Below, in pieces: positions 1-9,395 of a stretch of DNA of 64,000 nucleotides (position 1 is the stretch's first letter; every line of letters begins with the position of its first letter). The notes beneath the pieces were generated by a model. The model had not been told where the DNA came from and did not search any database. It saw only the letters and a program-made list of their open reading frames with translations. Both the position numbers and the translations under genes were made by a program. The stretch spans positions 246,467 to 310,466 of the forward strand of contig OY969108.1 in assembly GCA_963697965.1 (NCBI GenBank), read 5' to 3'. The stretch comes from an uncultured delta proteobacterium (lineage in GTDB: Bacteria; Desulfobacterota; Desulfobaccia; Desulfobaccales; 0-14-0-80-60-11).

Positions 1-170
1 TTCAGGGCGCGGCTTGTCACCGGTGCGGCAGCGCCGCCACCTATCTCGACGAAATTATTGATGACGTCAGCGGCCGCAGGATTTTTCTCTGCTCGGATAC
101 TGGGAACTGCGACCTCCGTGTTGGCCAACGCCAGGAGTCCAAGTGTGGAAGTGCAACTCCGGAAAGTTGA
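1..170 (+). CDS. phnJ: C-P lyase subunit PhnJ, C-terminal fragment (5-prime end outside window)
   Basis: Frame 3 reads QGAACHRCGSAATYLDEIIDDVSGRRIFLCSDTGNCDLRV... to TGA at 168-170. The Cys-rich ...YLDE...CSDT..C tail resembles PhnJ, and phnK/L/M follow. Confidence 0.7.
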   Translation, partial: QGAACHRCGSAATYLDEIIDDVSGRRIFLCSDTGNCDLRVGQRQESKCGSATPES

Positions 171-597
171 GGAACGAGACCTGCCCTCAATCCTGCCCCT
201 CTATGCCCAGTTGGGTCAAGATAGCGGGCGGATTCTGCCTCTGGATGAAGCCAGGAGAATCTTGGCCCGCATGCTCGATTACCCGGATTACCGGCTCTAT
301 GCCGCCGTGGTCCGGGGCGAGATTGTGGGCGTATTGGGACTGCTGGTCATGGACAACCTGGGGCACATGGGCGCACCTTCAGGGGTGGTGGAAGATGTAG
401 TGGTGCGGGAAGACTGGCGGCGCCGGTCCATCGGCCGGAAGATGATGGATTTTGCCATGAACTATTGCCAATCCAAGGGCTGCTACAAATTGGCCCTGTC
501 CAGCAACCTTAACCGGGAAGAGGCCCATCGCTTTTATGAGCGTTTAGGTTTTAAAAAGCACGGGTACAGTTTTTCCGTGGAATTATCAATGGATTGA
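145..597 (+). CDS. GNAT family N-acetyltransferase (PhnO-like by context)
   Basis: GNAT acetyl-CoA motif VVVREDWRRRSIGRKMM ... FYERLGF. The longest ORF starts at TTG 58 but overlaps phnJ by 113 nt; GTG 145 (MEVQLRKVEERDL) overlaps by only 26 nt. It lies between phnJ and phnK. Confidence 0.75.
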   Translation: MEVQLRKVEERDLPSILPLYAQLGQDSGRILPLDEARRILARMLDYPDYRLYAAVVRGEIVGVLGLLVMDNLGHMGAPSGVVEDVVVREDWRRRSIGRKMMDFAMNYCQSKGCYKLALSSNLNREEAHRFYERLGFKKHGYSFSVELSMD

Positions 598-626
598 GAG
601 CGCCGGATACTTGACTGGCCCCTGAT

Positions 627-1520
627 ATGGAAATTACACCGGAAAAAATTTTAGAGGTGCAAGATCTCACCAAGATCTATGGACCGGGTTGCCCCCTTTG
701 CCTTGCAGCAACCGGACCTGATTATGATACCAATCAGTGCCCCCACTGCGGGTCGGTGGTGGCCTGCGGCCAAGTCTCCCTGGAACTTTACCCGGATGAG
801 ATTCTCGGCATCGTCGGGGAGAGCGGTTCCGGGAAAAGCACCCTGGTAAAGCTGCTTTTTTTTGACGAGGAGGCCACTTCCGGAGCAATGCACTTTCGGG
901 GAAAGAAGTTTTTGAGCCAAAACCAGGCGGAACTGCCCCCGGATTTAAGCGAGCGGGTCAATGGTGAAAATCTCCTGACCCTCAGTTCCTTTCAAAAGAG
1001 GCGGATTAAAAACGCCCTTATGGGCATGGTCTACCAATATCCCCATCTGGGGCTGCGGCTGGAGGTGAGCGCCGGGGGCAATATTGCCGAGCGCTTGATC
1101 ACCGCGGCCTGGCGGCATGTCGGGAACATGCGGCAGCGAGCCACGCATCTCTTTGAAAAAACCGAGATTCCAGTGCAGAGACTGGATGAATCGCCGGAAA
1201 ACTTCAGTGGCGGCATGCAGCAGCGGGTGCAAATCGCCAAGGCCTTGTCCAACAACCCCATGTTTCTGTTTCTGGACGAAGTCAGCACCGGTCTGGACCT
1301 CTCGGTGCAGGCGCGGGTGCTGGACCTGTTGAGAACCCTGCAGCGGGAATTTCACTTATCCATGGTGGCGGTGTCCCACGATCTGGGGGTAATCAGACTC
1401 CTCACCGCCAGGACCATGGTCATGAAAGACGGCCGGATAGTGGAATCGGGACTGACTGACCAGATTTTGGAGGATCCCCAGCATCCCTACACCCAACTGC
1501 TGGTGAATTCCCAACTATAA
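627..1520 (+). CDS. phnK: C-P lyase system ATP-binding protein PhnK
   Basis: Walker A GESGSGKS, signature FSGGMQQR, VSAGGNIAERL and a C-terminal HPYTQLLV as I recall for E. coli PhnK. An extra CPLC...CPHC insert lies near the N-terminus. Confidence 0.85.
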   Translation: MEITPEKILEVQDLTKIYGPGCPLCLAATGPDYDTNQCPHCGSVVACGQVSLELYPDEILGIVGESGSGKSTLVKLLFFDEEATSGAMHFRGKKFLSQNQAELPPDLSERVNGENLLTLSSFQKRRIKNALMGMVYQYPHLGLRLEVSAGGNIAERLITAAWRHVGNMRQRATHLFEKTEIPVQRLDESPENFSGGMQQRVQIAKALSNNPMFLFLDEVSTGLDLSVQARVLDLLRTLQREFHLSMVAVSHDLGVIRLLTARTMVMKDGRIVESGLTDQILEDPQHPYTQLLVNSQL

Positions 1521-1548
1521 AAGGCGATGGTAAGGACGGTCAAAACTG

Positions 1549-2238
1549 ATGCTTGCCTTGGATAATCTAACCAAGACCTTTCATATTCATACCCTGGGCA
1601 ACAAGGTGATCGAAGCCCTCCGGGGGATCTCCCTGGAAGTGGCCCCGGGTGAATTTTTAGGGCTTTCCGGACCCAGCGGTGCGGGTAAGAGCACCATCCT
1701 GAAATGCATCTACCGCACCTACCTCCCCACGGCCGGGGACATCTGGTACGAATCGAGGGACTGCGGCCGGATCAACCTGGCAACTACGGCCAACCGCACC
1801 GTCCTTGGCCTCAGAAGCCGGGAACTCGGTTATGTCTCCCAGTTTTTCCATGTGATCCCCCGGGTTTCCGCCCTGGAGGTGGTGGCGGAACCCCTGGTCA
1901 CCAGGAATGGGATACTGCCGTCTGTGGCCAGAAGGAAGGCTGCCGAGCTGTTGCAACGGCTGCAGATCCCGCCCTCCCTGATGGATGCCTATCCGGCCAC
2001 CTTTAGCGGCGGCGAGCAGCAAAGGGTGAATATTGCGAAAGCGGTTATCTGGAAACCGAGATTGCTGCTCCTGGATGAACCCACCGCCTCGCTGGATTTA
2101 CAGGCGACGGCTGTAGTCATGGAGATCCTTCGAGAACTGAAGAAAGAAGGAACCACCATGATAGGCATATTTCATCGGCAAGACATGGTCCGGCAAATTA
2201 CCGACAGGCTATATGAGATCGGAGGTCAACAGTTATGA
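1549..2238 (+). CDS. phnL: C-P lyase system ATP-binding protein PhnL
   Basis: GPSGAGKST, FSGGEQQRVNIA, LLLDEPTASLD and IGIFH motifs. Position between phnK and phnM. Confidence 0.85.
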   Translation: MLALDNLTKTFHIHTLGNKVIEALRGISLEVAPGEFLGLSGPSGAGKSTILKCIYRTYLPTAGDIWYESRDCGRINLATTANRTVLGLRSRELGYVSQFFHVIPRVSALEVVAEPLVTRNGILPSVARRKAAELLQRLQIPPSLMDAYPATFSGGEQQRVNIAKAVIWKPRLLLLDEPTASLDLQATAVVMEILRELKKEGTTMIGIFHRQDMVRQITDRLYEIGGQQL

Positions 2239-3395
2239 GAGCGGGGGATCAGGCTCTGGTGATTGAGAATGCCCAGGTAGTCACACCTGAGGAGACCCTG
2301 GAAGGGGCCTCGTTAAAGATTGAATCCGGTATGATCGCAGAGATCAAGGCAGGGAAGATAAACTCCGGGGCCCCTCGTTTGGATGCCCGGGGGGGATATG
2401 TCTTGCCGGGTTTCGTTGATCTGCACAGCGATGCGCTGGAAAAAGAGATAGAACCAAGACCGGGAACCTTCTTTCCCAATAACATCGCCATCATTGAACT
2501 GGACAAAAAGCTTGCCGCCTGTGGCATTACCACCATCTTCCATGCCTTGTCTTTCGCGGAGGGGGAAATTGGCGTCCGTTCCAATAAAATGGCGACCCAG
2601 ATAATCACGGAGATCAACCGGCTGGCCCCCCAACTGAAGATAAACACCAAGGTTCACGCCAGATATGAGATAACCGACGCCTTGGCCGTTCCTTATCTCG
2701 AGGAACTCTTGCGCTGCGGCGGAATTCAGCTCTTATCTTTCATGGACCATACCCCGGGACAGGGGCAGTTCAAAGAGGTGGCGTCATTTAAGCAATATTT
2801 CAGCGCGGTTTATGAGAAAACCGATGCAGAGCTAGATAAAATCATAGACCAAAAGGTCCTGGCCAGGGCATCCAGGCACTCACTGATCGAGCGTTTGGCC
2901 ACCCTGGCCAAATCCCTTAACATTCCTCTGGCGTCCCATGATGATGACTGTGCGGCAAAAATCCGGTGGCTGGGGGAGATGGGCATTGGCATCTCAGAAT
3001 TCCCGGTGAATCTGGAGGCGCTTAAAGCTGCCAGGGAAGCAGGTATTTATGTTTGCCTCGGGGCTCCCAATGCCTTGAGGGGAAATTCCAGGTTGGGGAA
3101 CTTGAGCGCCCGGGAAGCCATTTTTTCAGGTCTGGCGGATATCGTTTGCTCCGATTATACGCCCATGGCTATCCTGCATGTGGTTTTCACCCTCCACCAC
3201 CTGGGAAACCTGCCCCTCAACCAGAGCGTGAATCTGGTTAGTCTTAATCCGGCCCAGGCAGTGGGACTGGCGGACCGCCTCGGCTCCCTGGAGACAGGCA
3301 AGAGGGCTGATTTGATGGTAGTGGATGCCTCGGGGGAAGTTCCCCGGATCGTCAAAACCTATGTCGCGGGAGGGGAAGTCTATTCCACATGCTGA
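2235..3395 (+). CDS. phnM: alpha-D-ribose 1-methylphosphonate 5-triphosphate diphosphatase PhnM (amidohydrolase fold)
   Basis: 386 aa amidohydrolase-like protein (GFVDLHSD...). ATGA start/stop overlap with phnL; canonical position after phnL. Confidence 0.8.
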   Translation: MRAGDQALVIENAQVVTPEETLEGASLKIESGMIAEIKAGKINSGAPRLDARGGYVLPGFVDLHSDALEKEIEPRPGTFFPNNIAIIELDKKLAACGITTIFHALSFAEGEIGVRSNKMATQIITEINRLAPQLKINTKVHARYEITDALAVPYLEELLRCGGIQLLSFMDHTPGQGQFKEVASFKQYFSAVYEKTDAELDKIIDQKVLARASRHSLIERLATLAKSLNIPLASHDDDCAAKIRWLGEMGIGISEFPVNLEALKAAREAGIYVCLGAPNALRGNSRLGNLSAREAIFSGLADIVCSDYTPMAILHVVFTLHHLGNLPLNQSVNLVSLNPAQAVGLADRLGSLETGKRADLMVVDASGEVPRIVKTYVAGGEVYSTC

Positions 3396-4315
3396 AGATT
3401 GGCACCAAGATAGATGAAGTGAGAATCGACGGCAACTTGCAAAGGCTCCGGCAAGACCTGGAATATTTTTCCCAGGCCGGGTTGGCGGCCACGGAACTGC
3501 CGGTCCATGGACTGGATGCCATCAAGAATGGCCGTCTGGATAAGGCTCAACTCAAAAGAATCAAGGAAATAGCCCGTAATTTTGCAGGGGCCTTCAGCGT
3601 CCATGCCCCCAATCCCCTCAACCTGATGGACTGCTCCTGTCGTGAGCTCCATCTGTCCGTATTCCGAGCCTCCCTGGAATTTGCCGCCGAAGTGGGGGCC
3701 GAAATTCTGGTCTATCATCCCGGCAGATATATCCCGGAAGTGACCTTCCCCATATACGGCAGGAATGATCTATCAGAGCGGGATAAACAGAACTTGCTGG
3801 CGGCGGAAGCCGAGATGATTCAAGATTTAGCCGAGGAGTATCCCGAAGTGACTATTTGCCTGGAAAATGCCAGGCCATACCTCTTCCATTCCCCTTATTG
3901 CTACGCCGAAAGGCTTGAGCCTTTGCAAGAACAGGTAGCCATAATCGACCGCGACAATGTTAAAATAAATCTCGATTTGGGTCATTTATTCCTCTCGGCC
4001 AGATTTTACGGATTTGATCCCGTGGGGGCCGCGGCTCAAGTAAAAGATTTCATTGCCCATAGCCATGTGCATGATAACTTCGGCAATGCCGTCTATCATC
4101 ATGAAAAACAACAGACCCACCAGATTCCCTTTGGCAAAGGCGATGCCCACATGCCTGTGGGATGGGGCGAAATACCGATTCTGGAAATACTCTCAACTTT
4201 TTTGGACTCATATACCGGCATGCTCATGATGGAGTTAAGAGAAAGATATTTTGCCCATACCCGCGAATCCAAAGAGAACCTGGAAGAGATTTTGACAAAG
4301 ATATCTTTGACGTAA
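3389..4315 (+). CDS. sugar phosphate isomerase/epimerase-like TIM-barrel protein
   Basis: 308 aa with xylose-isomerase-like TIM-barrel features (ILVYHPG, ICLEN, HSHVHDN). Its start overlaps the phnM stop by 7 nt. Confidence 0.6.
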   Translation: MLKIGTKIDEVRIDGNLQRLRQDLEYFSQAGLAATELPVHGLDAIKNGRLDKAQLKRIKEIARNFAGAFSVHAPNPLNLMDCSCRELHLSVFRASLEFAAEVGAEILVYHPGRYIPEVTFPIYGRNDLSERDKQNLLAAEAEMIQDLAEEYPEVTICLENARPYLFHSPYCYAERLEPLQEQVAIIDRDNVKINLDLGHLFLSARFYGFDPVGAAAQVKDFIAHSHVHDNFGNAVYHHEKQQTHQIPFGKGDAHMPVGWGEIPILEILSTFLDSYTGMLMMELRERYFAHTRESKENLEEILTKISLT

Positions 4316-4337
4316 ACCCCATTGCTGCCGCGCCGAA

Positions 4338-5549
4338 GTGCAAAAGCTGGCCGGCAACCTCTGGCTTCACAAGGATAGGGTGCGCAACTTCGTCACCGGA
4401 AAGATTGGCGAGCCTTCTATGAACCACGCAATCCAGCGAACTGTGGTCTGCATGTATGACGGGTTCGGGATGGATTATTTCGAGAGGAGCCGGCTTCCGG
4501 TCATGAAGGGCATGGCCCGGGAAGGTCTGGCCAAGCCCGGACGGGCGGTTTTCCCGACCCTCACCAATGCCAACAATATCTCTATCTGCTGCGCCGCCTG
4601 GCCTGCTGAGCATGGCGTGACGACGAACTGTTATTTCGACGAAACCACGGGAACGGCGCGCTTCTTAGAAGATGCGGATTTTATTCTGGCGCCCACCATA
4701 TTCCAGCGTTTCCGGCAAAAAGGGGTACGCTCGGCACTCCTCACCTGCAAAGCCAAGACCCTGAAGCTCCTCGGCCGGCATGCCGATTTCGCCCTCGCCG
4801 CGGAAGAGCCTGCACCAGAGGTCGTGGAAACATACGGACTCCCGCCTGAAATGTACAGCTCCGAGGTAAATTATTGGCTCTGGGAAATTGCTCTCGATCT
4901 GTTGAAATCGCGTCCAGATCTCGGACTGATTTATGTCCACACCACTGATTACCCCATGCATATGTGGGCCCCCGCAGAATCATTTTCCCTCCACCATCTG
5001 GCGAAGCTCGATGAGCTGCTGGGGGCAGCCCGGGATGCCGCTCCCGATGCCATGTTCTTAATTACCGCCGACCATGGGATGAATCCGAAGCAACGGTGTC
5101 TGGACTTGCGGAAAACCTGCGCCGACTATGGCATTCGGCTCCGCTTCGCAGTTTCTCCGGTGGCCGACCGCCTGCTGAAGCATCACCGGGGCTTCGGGGG
5201 CGTCTCGTATGTTTATGTCAATAACGAGGGGGAGCTTCCCAGGGTTCAGTCCCTCTTGCGCGACCTGCCGGGGGTGGACGATGCCCTGACGCGGCCCGAG
5301 GCCGCCTGCCGTTTCCACCTCATGCCTGAACGGATCGGCGATCTGGTCGTCATGGCTGATAAAGACACGGTTTTTGGCGATCTTGCCGGGTCTAATGAGG
5401 TCTTGGCGGCTGGATACCGCAATCACGGCTCTCTTTATGAACAGGACATCCCGCTAATTCTTTATGGATATGATGGAACCTTGCCCTTGCCCGGGGAGAT
5501 GCAAATGAACTTCGATCTGACGCGCTGGTTGTGCCAAGAAATGTTATAA
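4338..5549 (+). CDS. alkaline-phosphatase-superfamily hydrolase (phosphonoacetate hydrolase / nucleotide pyrophosphatase-like)
   Basis: FPTLTNANNISI...EHGV resembles the nucleophile region of phosphonoacetate hydrolase/NPP enzymes; ITADHGM is a metal site. GTG start at 4338; alternative ATG at 4419 (MNHAIQRTVV). Confidence 0.6.
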   Translation: MQKLAGNLWLHKDRVRNFVTGKIGEPSMNHAIQRTVVCMYDGFGMDYFERSRLPVMKGMAREGLAKPGRAVFPTLTNANNISICCAAWPAEHGVTTNCYFDETTGTARFLEDADFILAPTIFQRFRQKGVRSALLTCKAKTLKLLGRHADFALAAEEPAPEVVETYGLPPEMYSSEVNYWLWEIALDLLKSRPDLGLIYVHTTDYPMHMWAPAESFSLHHLAKLDELLGAARDAAPDAMFLITADHGMNPKQRCLDLRKTCADYGIRLRFAVSPVADRLLKHHRGFGGVSYVYVNNEGELPRVQSLLRDLPGVDDALTRPEAACRFHLMPERIGDLVVMADKDTVFGDLAGSNEVLAAGYRNHGSLYEQDIPLILYGYDGTLPLPGEMQMNFDLTRWLCQEML

Positions 5550-5718
5550 GCATGCTTTAGCCTTCAGCTTCCGGGCCAAGACCTCGGCTTGTTTTTGCTC
5601 TAAACTGATAACCAATTAACAGGCGTAAGTTTAACGGGTTTACCGTGACACACCGTTGTACACCGGGTCTGGAGATGAATCTTAAAAAGCTGGCATGGTC
5701 TCGGTGGTCAGCGTATAC

Positions 5719-6285
5719 TTATTCGAGGACCGCCTCCCCCTTTTCCTGGGGAGGCCGCCACCCCAGCAAACGGCTGGAATTGAAAAAGATCCCCAGGGTA
5801 TGCACCACGTGTATGGCGCCCGCCATCAGAGGGCCCAGACGGCCGCCGATGATCAGAAGTGCCCCCAGAAGATCCGTGGACACCGCCAGCCAGTAATTCT
5901 GTTCTATCACCCTCAGAGTTTGCCGGCTCAGACGCCTGACGAATAAAAGACGTGAGAGGTCACTGTCGGCCAGGGCGATATCCGCCGCGGCGATGGCGGC
6001 CTCAGCCCCCCCTGCGCCCATGGCCACTCCCACCTGGGCCCGGGAAAGGGCCAGGGCGTCGTTCACTCCATCACCCACCACCGCCACCCGGCGCCCTGCA
6101 GCCACCAACTCCTCCACATAATGAGATTTGTCGCCGGGCCGCAGACCCCCGGCCGATCCTTCGAAGTTAAATCTCTGGGCCAGGGCGCGGACCACTGGTT
6201 CCGTGTCCCCGCTGACCAGATGTATTTCCCGGACCCCTTCCCGGCGCAGACCGGACAGCACCGCTGGGACCTCGGGGCGGACCCA
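5719..6285 (-). pseudogene. remnant: C-terminal third of a heavy-metal-type P-type ATPase
   Basis: LVSGDTEPV, VVGDGVNDALAL hinge motif and terminal TM helices. Similarity starts abruptly at ...VRPEVPAVL near 6281; no actuator or phosphorylation domains lie upstream. Confidence 0.8.
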
Positions 6286-6590
6286 TCTTCGAAACCGCGG
6301 TGCTCACGGAAATCATCAAGACCCTCAGCCATCGGGGCCAGGAGCCCCAGGTATACTTTTGGCGCACCGCGGCCGGCGCCGAAGTGGATATCGTGGTGGC
6401 GGAAGGCGGAAGGCTGATTCCCCTGGAGGTTAAACTCTCCGCTACACCCCGCCAGGCCATGGCACGCAACCTCACAGGCTTCCAGAAGGACATGCAGGGC
6501 CGTGCCGCCCCCGGCTACATCATTCACCCCGGCGAAGTTCGGCTACCCCTGGCGCCAGGAGTTACCGCCCTGCCTTTCAGCGACCTTTAA
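6270..6590 (+). pseudogene. remnant: C-terminal (DUF4143-type) part of a COG1373-like AAA ATPase
   Basis: GPIFETAVLTEIIKTLSHRGQEPQVYFWRTAAGAEVDIVV...LIPLEVK. No ATPase domain upstream; it abuts the ATPase remnant head to head. Confidence 0.6.
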
Positions 6591-6703
6591 TGCTTCTACC
6601 GAGACGGTCAAGAATCAATCTGCCAATAGTGGTGACCAATGGGGAAAATCGGGTATTCAGACCATATATGGTATTTTTCCGCTTTGATGATAGGAGCCGA
6701 TCA

Positions 6704-6735
6704 TGGCAAGGTATGTGGCCAATAATCAATCTGAC
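6704..6735 (+). repeat. island repeat copy 1 (TGGCAAGGTATGTGGCCAATAATC...)
   Basis: Shares CATGGCAAGGTAT.TG with copy 2, and the pattern TGGC.AAGGT.TG..CC.ATAATC with copies 3 and 4. Lies 31 nt beyond the PLD stop. Confidence 0.5.
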
Positions 6736-6766
6736 TTTCTTCAGCAGCACTTGTCTATCCCTGGCT

Positions 6767-8342
6767 TCAACTCCCTCCTCCCGTAGAAACTCGACTTAAG
6801 TCGATACCAGCCAATACCCGCGGCGGGAAATCGGTGCCTTTCCAATCGTACACCCGCCCCTCTGGCACCTGTCCACTGCCCTTTGCCGCCTTATTACGGG
6901 CTGCTTGGGCTTTGAAGAAGGTTAAAGCATCACCCTGATTCTCAATCAATTCCAGCGCTTGCTCGATGGAAACCTGGAGGTGTTCTCTCCAAAGCTGCGC
7001 TACCCAATTTTTTATTGTAGCAGTGTCCATGAAGGCGATATTCATTTCAGAGTGGAACCACATGCTCGTGAAGGCGATGTTGGCCGATCCGCCGGTCATT
7101 ACCGTCCAATTGGGACCGAACACGGCCATAGTCTTCGAGTGAATATAGGTTTCGCTGTAGATGAATTTTTCCGGGGTCCGTGGATCAGGCCTGCAGTTGC
7201 CCAGGGTGAGTAGCGCTACATTATCATGGCCCTCCACCATCTTAGACTGATCCTGTAAATAAGAGATCCTCTCCCATTCCTTTTCAACTCTTCCTAGAAA
7301 CCTTCCCTCGTCTGGTTTCCAGGTCAGGAGGGCAATAATTTTGGCGCCTCGTTCGGCAGCCGCATGTATCTCGGCAATAATCCCGTGGTCGTAGAAGTAT
7401 TGGTTTTCGATGTAAACCAAACTTCCTTCCCCGGCGCTCGTCAAGGCTTTCAGATACGAGCTCCCTTATCCCCGTGTCTCCCTTCGGTATCGCGGGGTAG
7501 GTGTTCGGGGCGATGGTCCGCAGCACCTGAACCTCTATCCCGTCGGGCACTGGTGGAATCTTGTCTGCAGTGACCGGGGCCACCACATACGAGGTCACGT
7601 CAGCGTGGGGAATGCTGGCGCCATTATAGCGTTCGACAAAATTAGCCAGAACGTCGCCCACCGCGGGTCCCTTAATCCGGTAGAAAATGTCATGGAGCGG
7701 CGGATTCTGCTCAAGCCATTTAAGCGGATACGGATATTTCCACTCCACGCGTCGAACATCCAACGAATCGTGGTTCGGGGTATCCCAGTAAGTCTGAACC
7801 GGATTGATGCCGCCGACGAAGGCCACCCAGCCGTCTCCACCGTCATCCATGATGTAGGTCTTTTGATGATGACATCCAAATTCCGCAGAAAAATTAATAT
7901 CTTTAGGATCGAAGAGGTTCAGCACCGAAGTATACCGGCCATTAAAGCCTGGAGCTTTATCCCATCGGGCTTGGATGCTGCCAGGTCCCTCATTGACCCC
8001 TGGAATCTTATCAGGGGCCGGATCTGGGATGGTGTCCGGAGTGTGGAGGGCGGGCTGCCACACCACCATGCGAACGTCAACCCGGTCAATTGAGCGAGAC
8101 CTCAAAATGTAGAACAGCGTTTCCTCGACCTTCGGAACATCCGGAACCAATAGGAAATCCTGGTCGCCAAAGGAAATTGTCAGATAAATTAACTTCTTCG
8201 CCTTCTGGAAGGCATCGGCAATCTCGCCGTAGGCTGCCTGTCCATCAATGAGAATCTGAATCTCATTGCCCTGTCGCGGCGGATATGTACCTTCTTGCGC
8301 CCACAGCACGGAAGTTGGGTCAATGGCTTTAGATACTTCCAT
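6767..8342 (-). pseudogene. phospholipase D / two-HKD-motif family gene, interrupted by a 1-nt frameshift
   Basis: ORFs 7284-8342 and 6767-7444 each carry one HKD motif (HHQKTYIMD; IHSKTMAV). The frames join near 7455-7465 (...TGIRE / SYLKALTSAGEGSLVYIENQYF). Confidence 0.8.
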
Positions 8343-8425
8343 GTCTCACCTTCTGTTTTTGATGGTGATCCCGATAACTACATCATATCACAAATGCTTT
8401 TTGGAAATCCGATAAGTTTCTGACA

Positions 8426-8445
8426 TGGCAAGGTATATGATAGCC
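8426..8445 (+). repeat. island repeat copy 2 (TGGCAAGGTATATGATAGCC)
   Basis: 13-nt identity plus flanks with copy 1. Lies 84 nt upstream of the PLD start. Confidence 0.45.
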
Positions 8446-8711
8446 AGCAGCCATGCCCGGAAATGGCATGTGCATGTGGCCCTCAGCCTTTTCTTGGCAC
8501 ACCACTACCAGGAGATAATGGCCTGGAGTCCTTAACCTGCATTACAGTGAGGCATTCTGGTTCTAATGGTGGGGTGTATTCAGATTTTTTAACAAGTTAC
8601 TTGCTTCTTGGAAATTCGTGCTATCATGCCTCCCAAAGGACGCAACAAAAGATGAACCTTCTCGAGGTTAAGCTCGCGGGGGAGGTCCCCAAAACGATTT
8701 TTAGTTTGCGT

Positions 8712-8743
8712 TGGCCAAGGTTGCCCCATAATCTCGGTTTATA
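8712..8743 (+). repeat. island repeat copy 3 (TGGCCAAGGTTGCCCCATAATCTCGGTTTATA)
   Basis: About 28 of 31 positions identical to copy 4. Ends 28 nt before the 8772 start codon; a TATAAT hexamer follows at 8751-8756. Confidence 0.7.
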
Positions 8744-8771
8744 GAGACTGTATAATCATTGTTAGAGGCCT

Positions 8772-9350
8772 ATGGACGAACAACAGGCAAAGGCGCTCCA
8801 GGACCGCACAGAGGCGAAGGTGCGTTACGCGAGCGTGCACTTAGAGGAACTCGCTGCTCTCGAAGCACTGCGGGGAGACGACTTCGATAGGGCCCACCAA
8901 GAATCGTTCCTGTTCCACCTACTTGGAGCGCTCGATGCGTTCCTTGCCGAATTGAACTTCTATTATCAAGGCGGTCTCCCCGTCGAGGGTCTGACACCTG
9001 GCAAGCTCCGTGAGGTCCTCAAGGCACGCGGCGTCGAGAGTGTCGAGTTGAAAGAGATGCGGCAACTGTCGCAAAACGAGACATCCTGGATCAGGCGGGC
9101 AAAGACGATGCGCGATCACAGCACGCATATCCAGGGCGTCGCACGAACGTTCTTCGTAGGCGGAGACCAGGATGGAGAGGTTCGGTTGAAGGACCCGCGT
9201 ACCGCGGCCGATAGCCCACAGCATTTGGTCGACCAGTTCCGAGCTTGGGCAGACGAGATGCGGACTCTTGTTCGGCGGCTGAGGGAATCCGCGCTCGCAC
9301 GGTCGCCTCTAACTCGGAGTTCCAGCGGTCCGGCTGACCCCGACCGCTGA
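8772..9350 (+). CDS. hypothetical protein with Rx4H (HEPN-like) motif
   Basis: 192-aa ORF with a GAGG 4 nt upstream of the ATG. Helix-rich sequence; motif MRDHSTH (R114-x4-H119). No family recognised. Confidence 0.6.
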   Translation: MDEQQAKALQDRTEAKVRYASVHLEELAALEALRGDDFDRAHQESFLFHLLGALDAFLAELNFYYQGGLPVEGLTPGKLREVLKARGVESVELKEMRQLSQNETSWIRRAKTMRDHSTHIQGVARTFFVGGDQDGEVRLKDPRTAADSPQHLVDQFRAWADEMRTLVRRLRESALARSPLTRSSSGPADPDR

Positions 9351-9395
9351 ATGCGCGCGTTAACCTATGTTTTTCAAACCAAAAAGGAAATCTCC

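Noticed and set aside
58-144. Upstream TTG/ATG start (58/61) for the GNAT gene
   Set aside because: It would overlap the phnJ coding end by more than 100 nt. The GNAT fold begins near VEVQLRKVEERDL, so GTG 145 is preferred.
8712-8728. Reading the island repeat TGGCCAAGGTTGC as a sigma-54 (-24 GG / -12 GC) promoter
   Set aside because: There are only 5 nt between TGGC and TTGC, against 7 in the TGGCAC-N5-TTGC consensus. The GG-to-GC spacing is therefore 2 nt too short in all copies.
8463-8744. 93-aa ORF in the gap between the PLD gene and the first island operon
   Set aside because: It has no RBS, an odd Cys/Gly/Leu-rich composition, and runs across island repeat copy 3. It is most likely noncoding.
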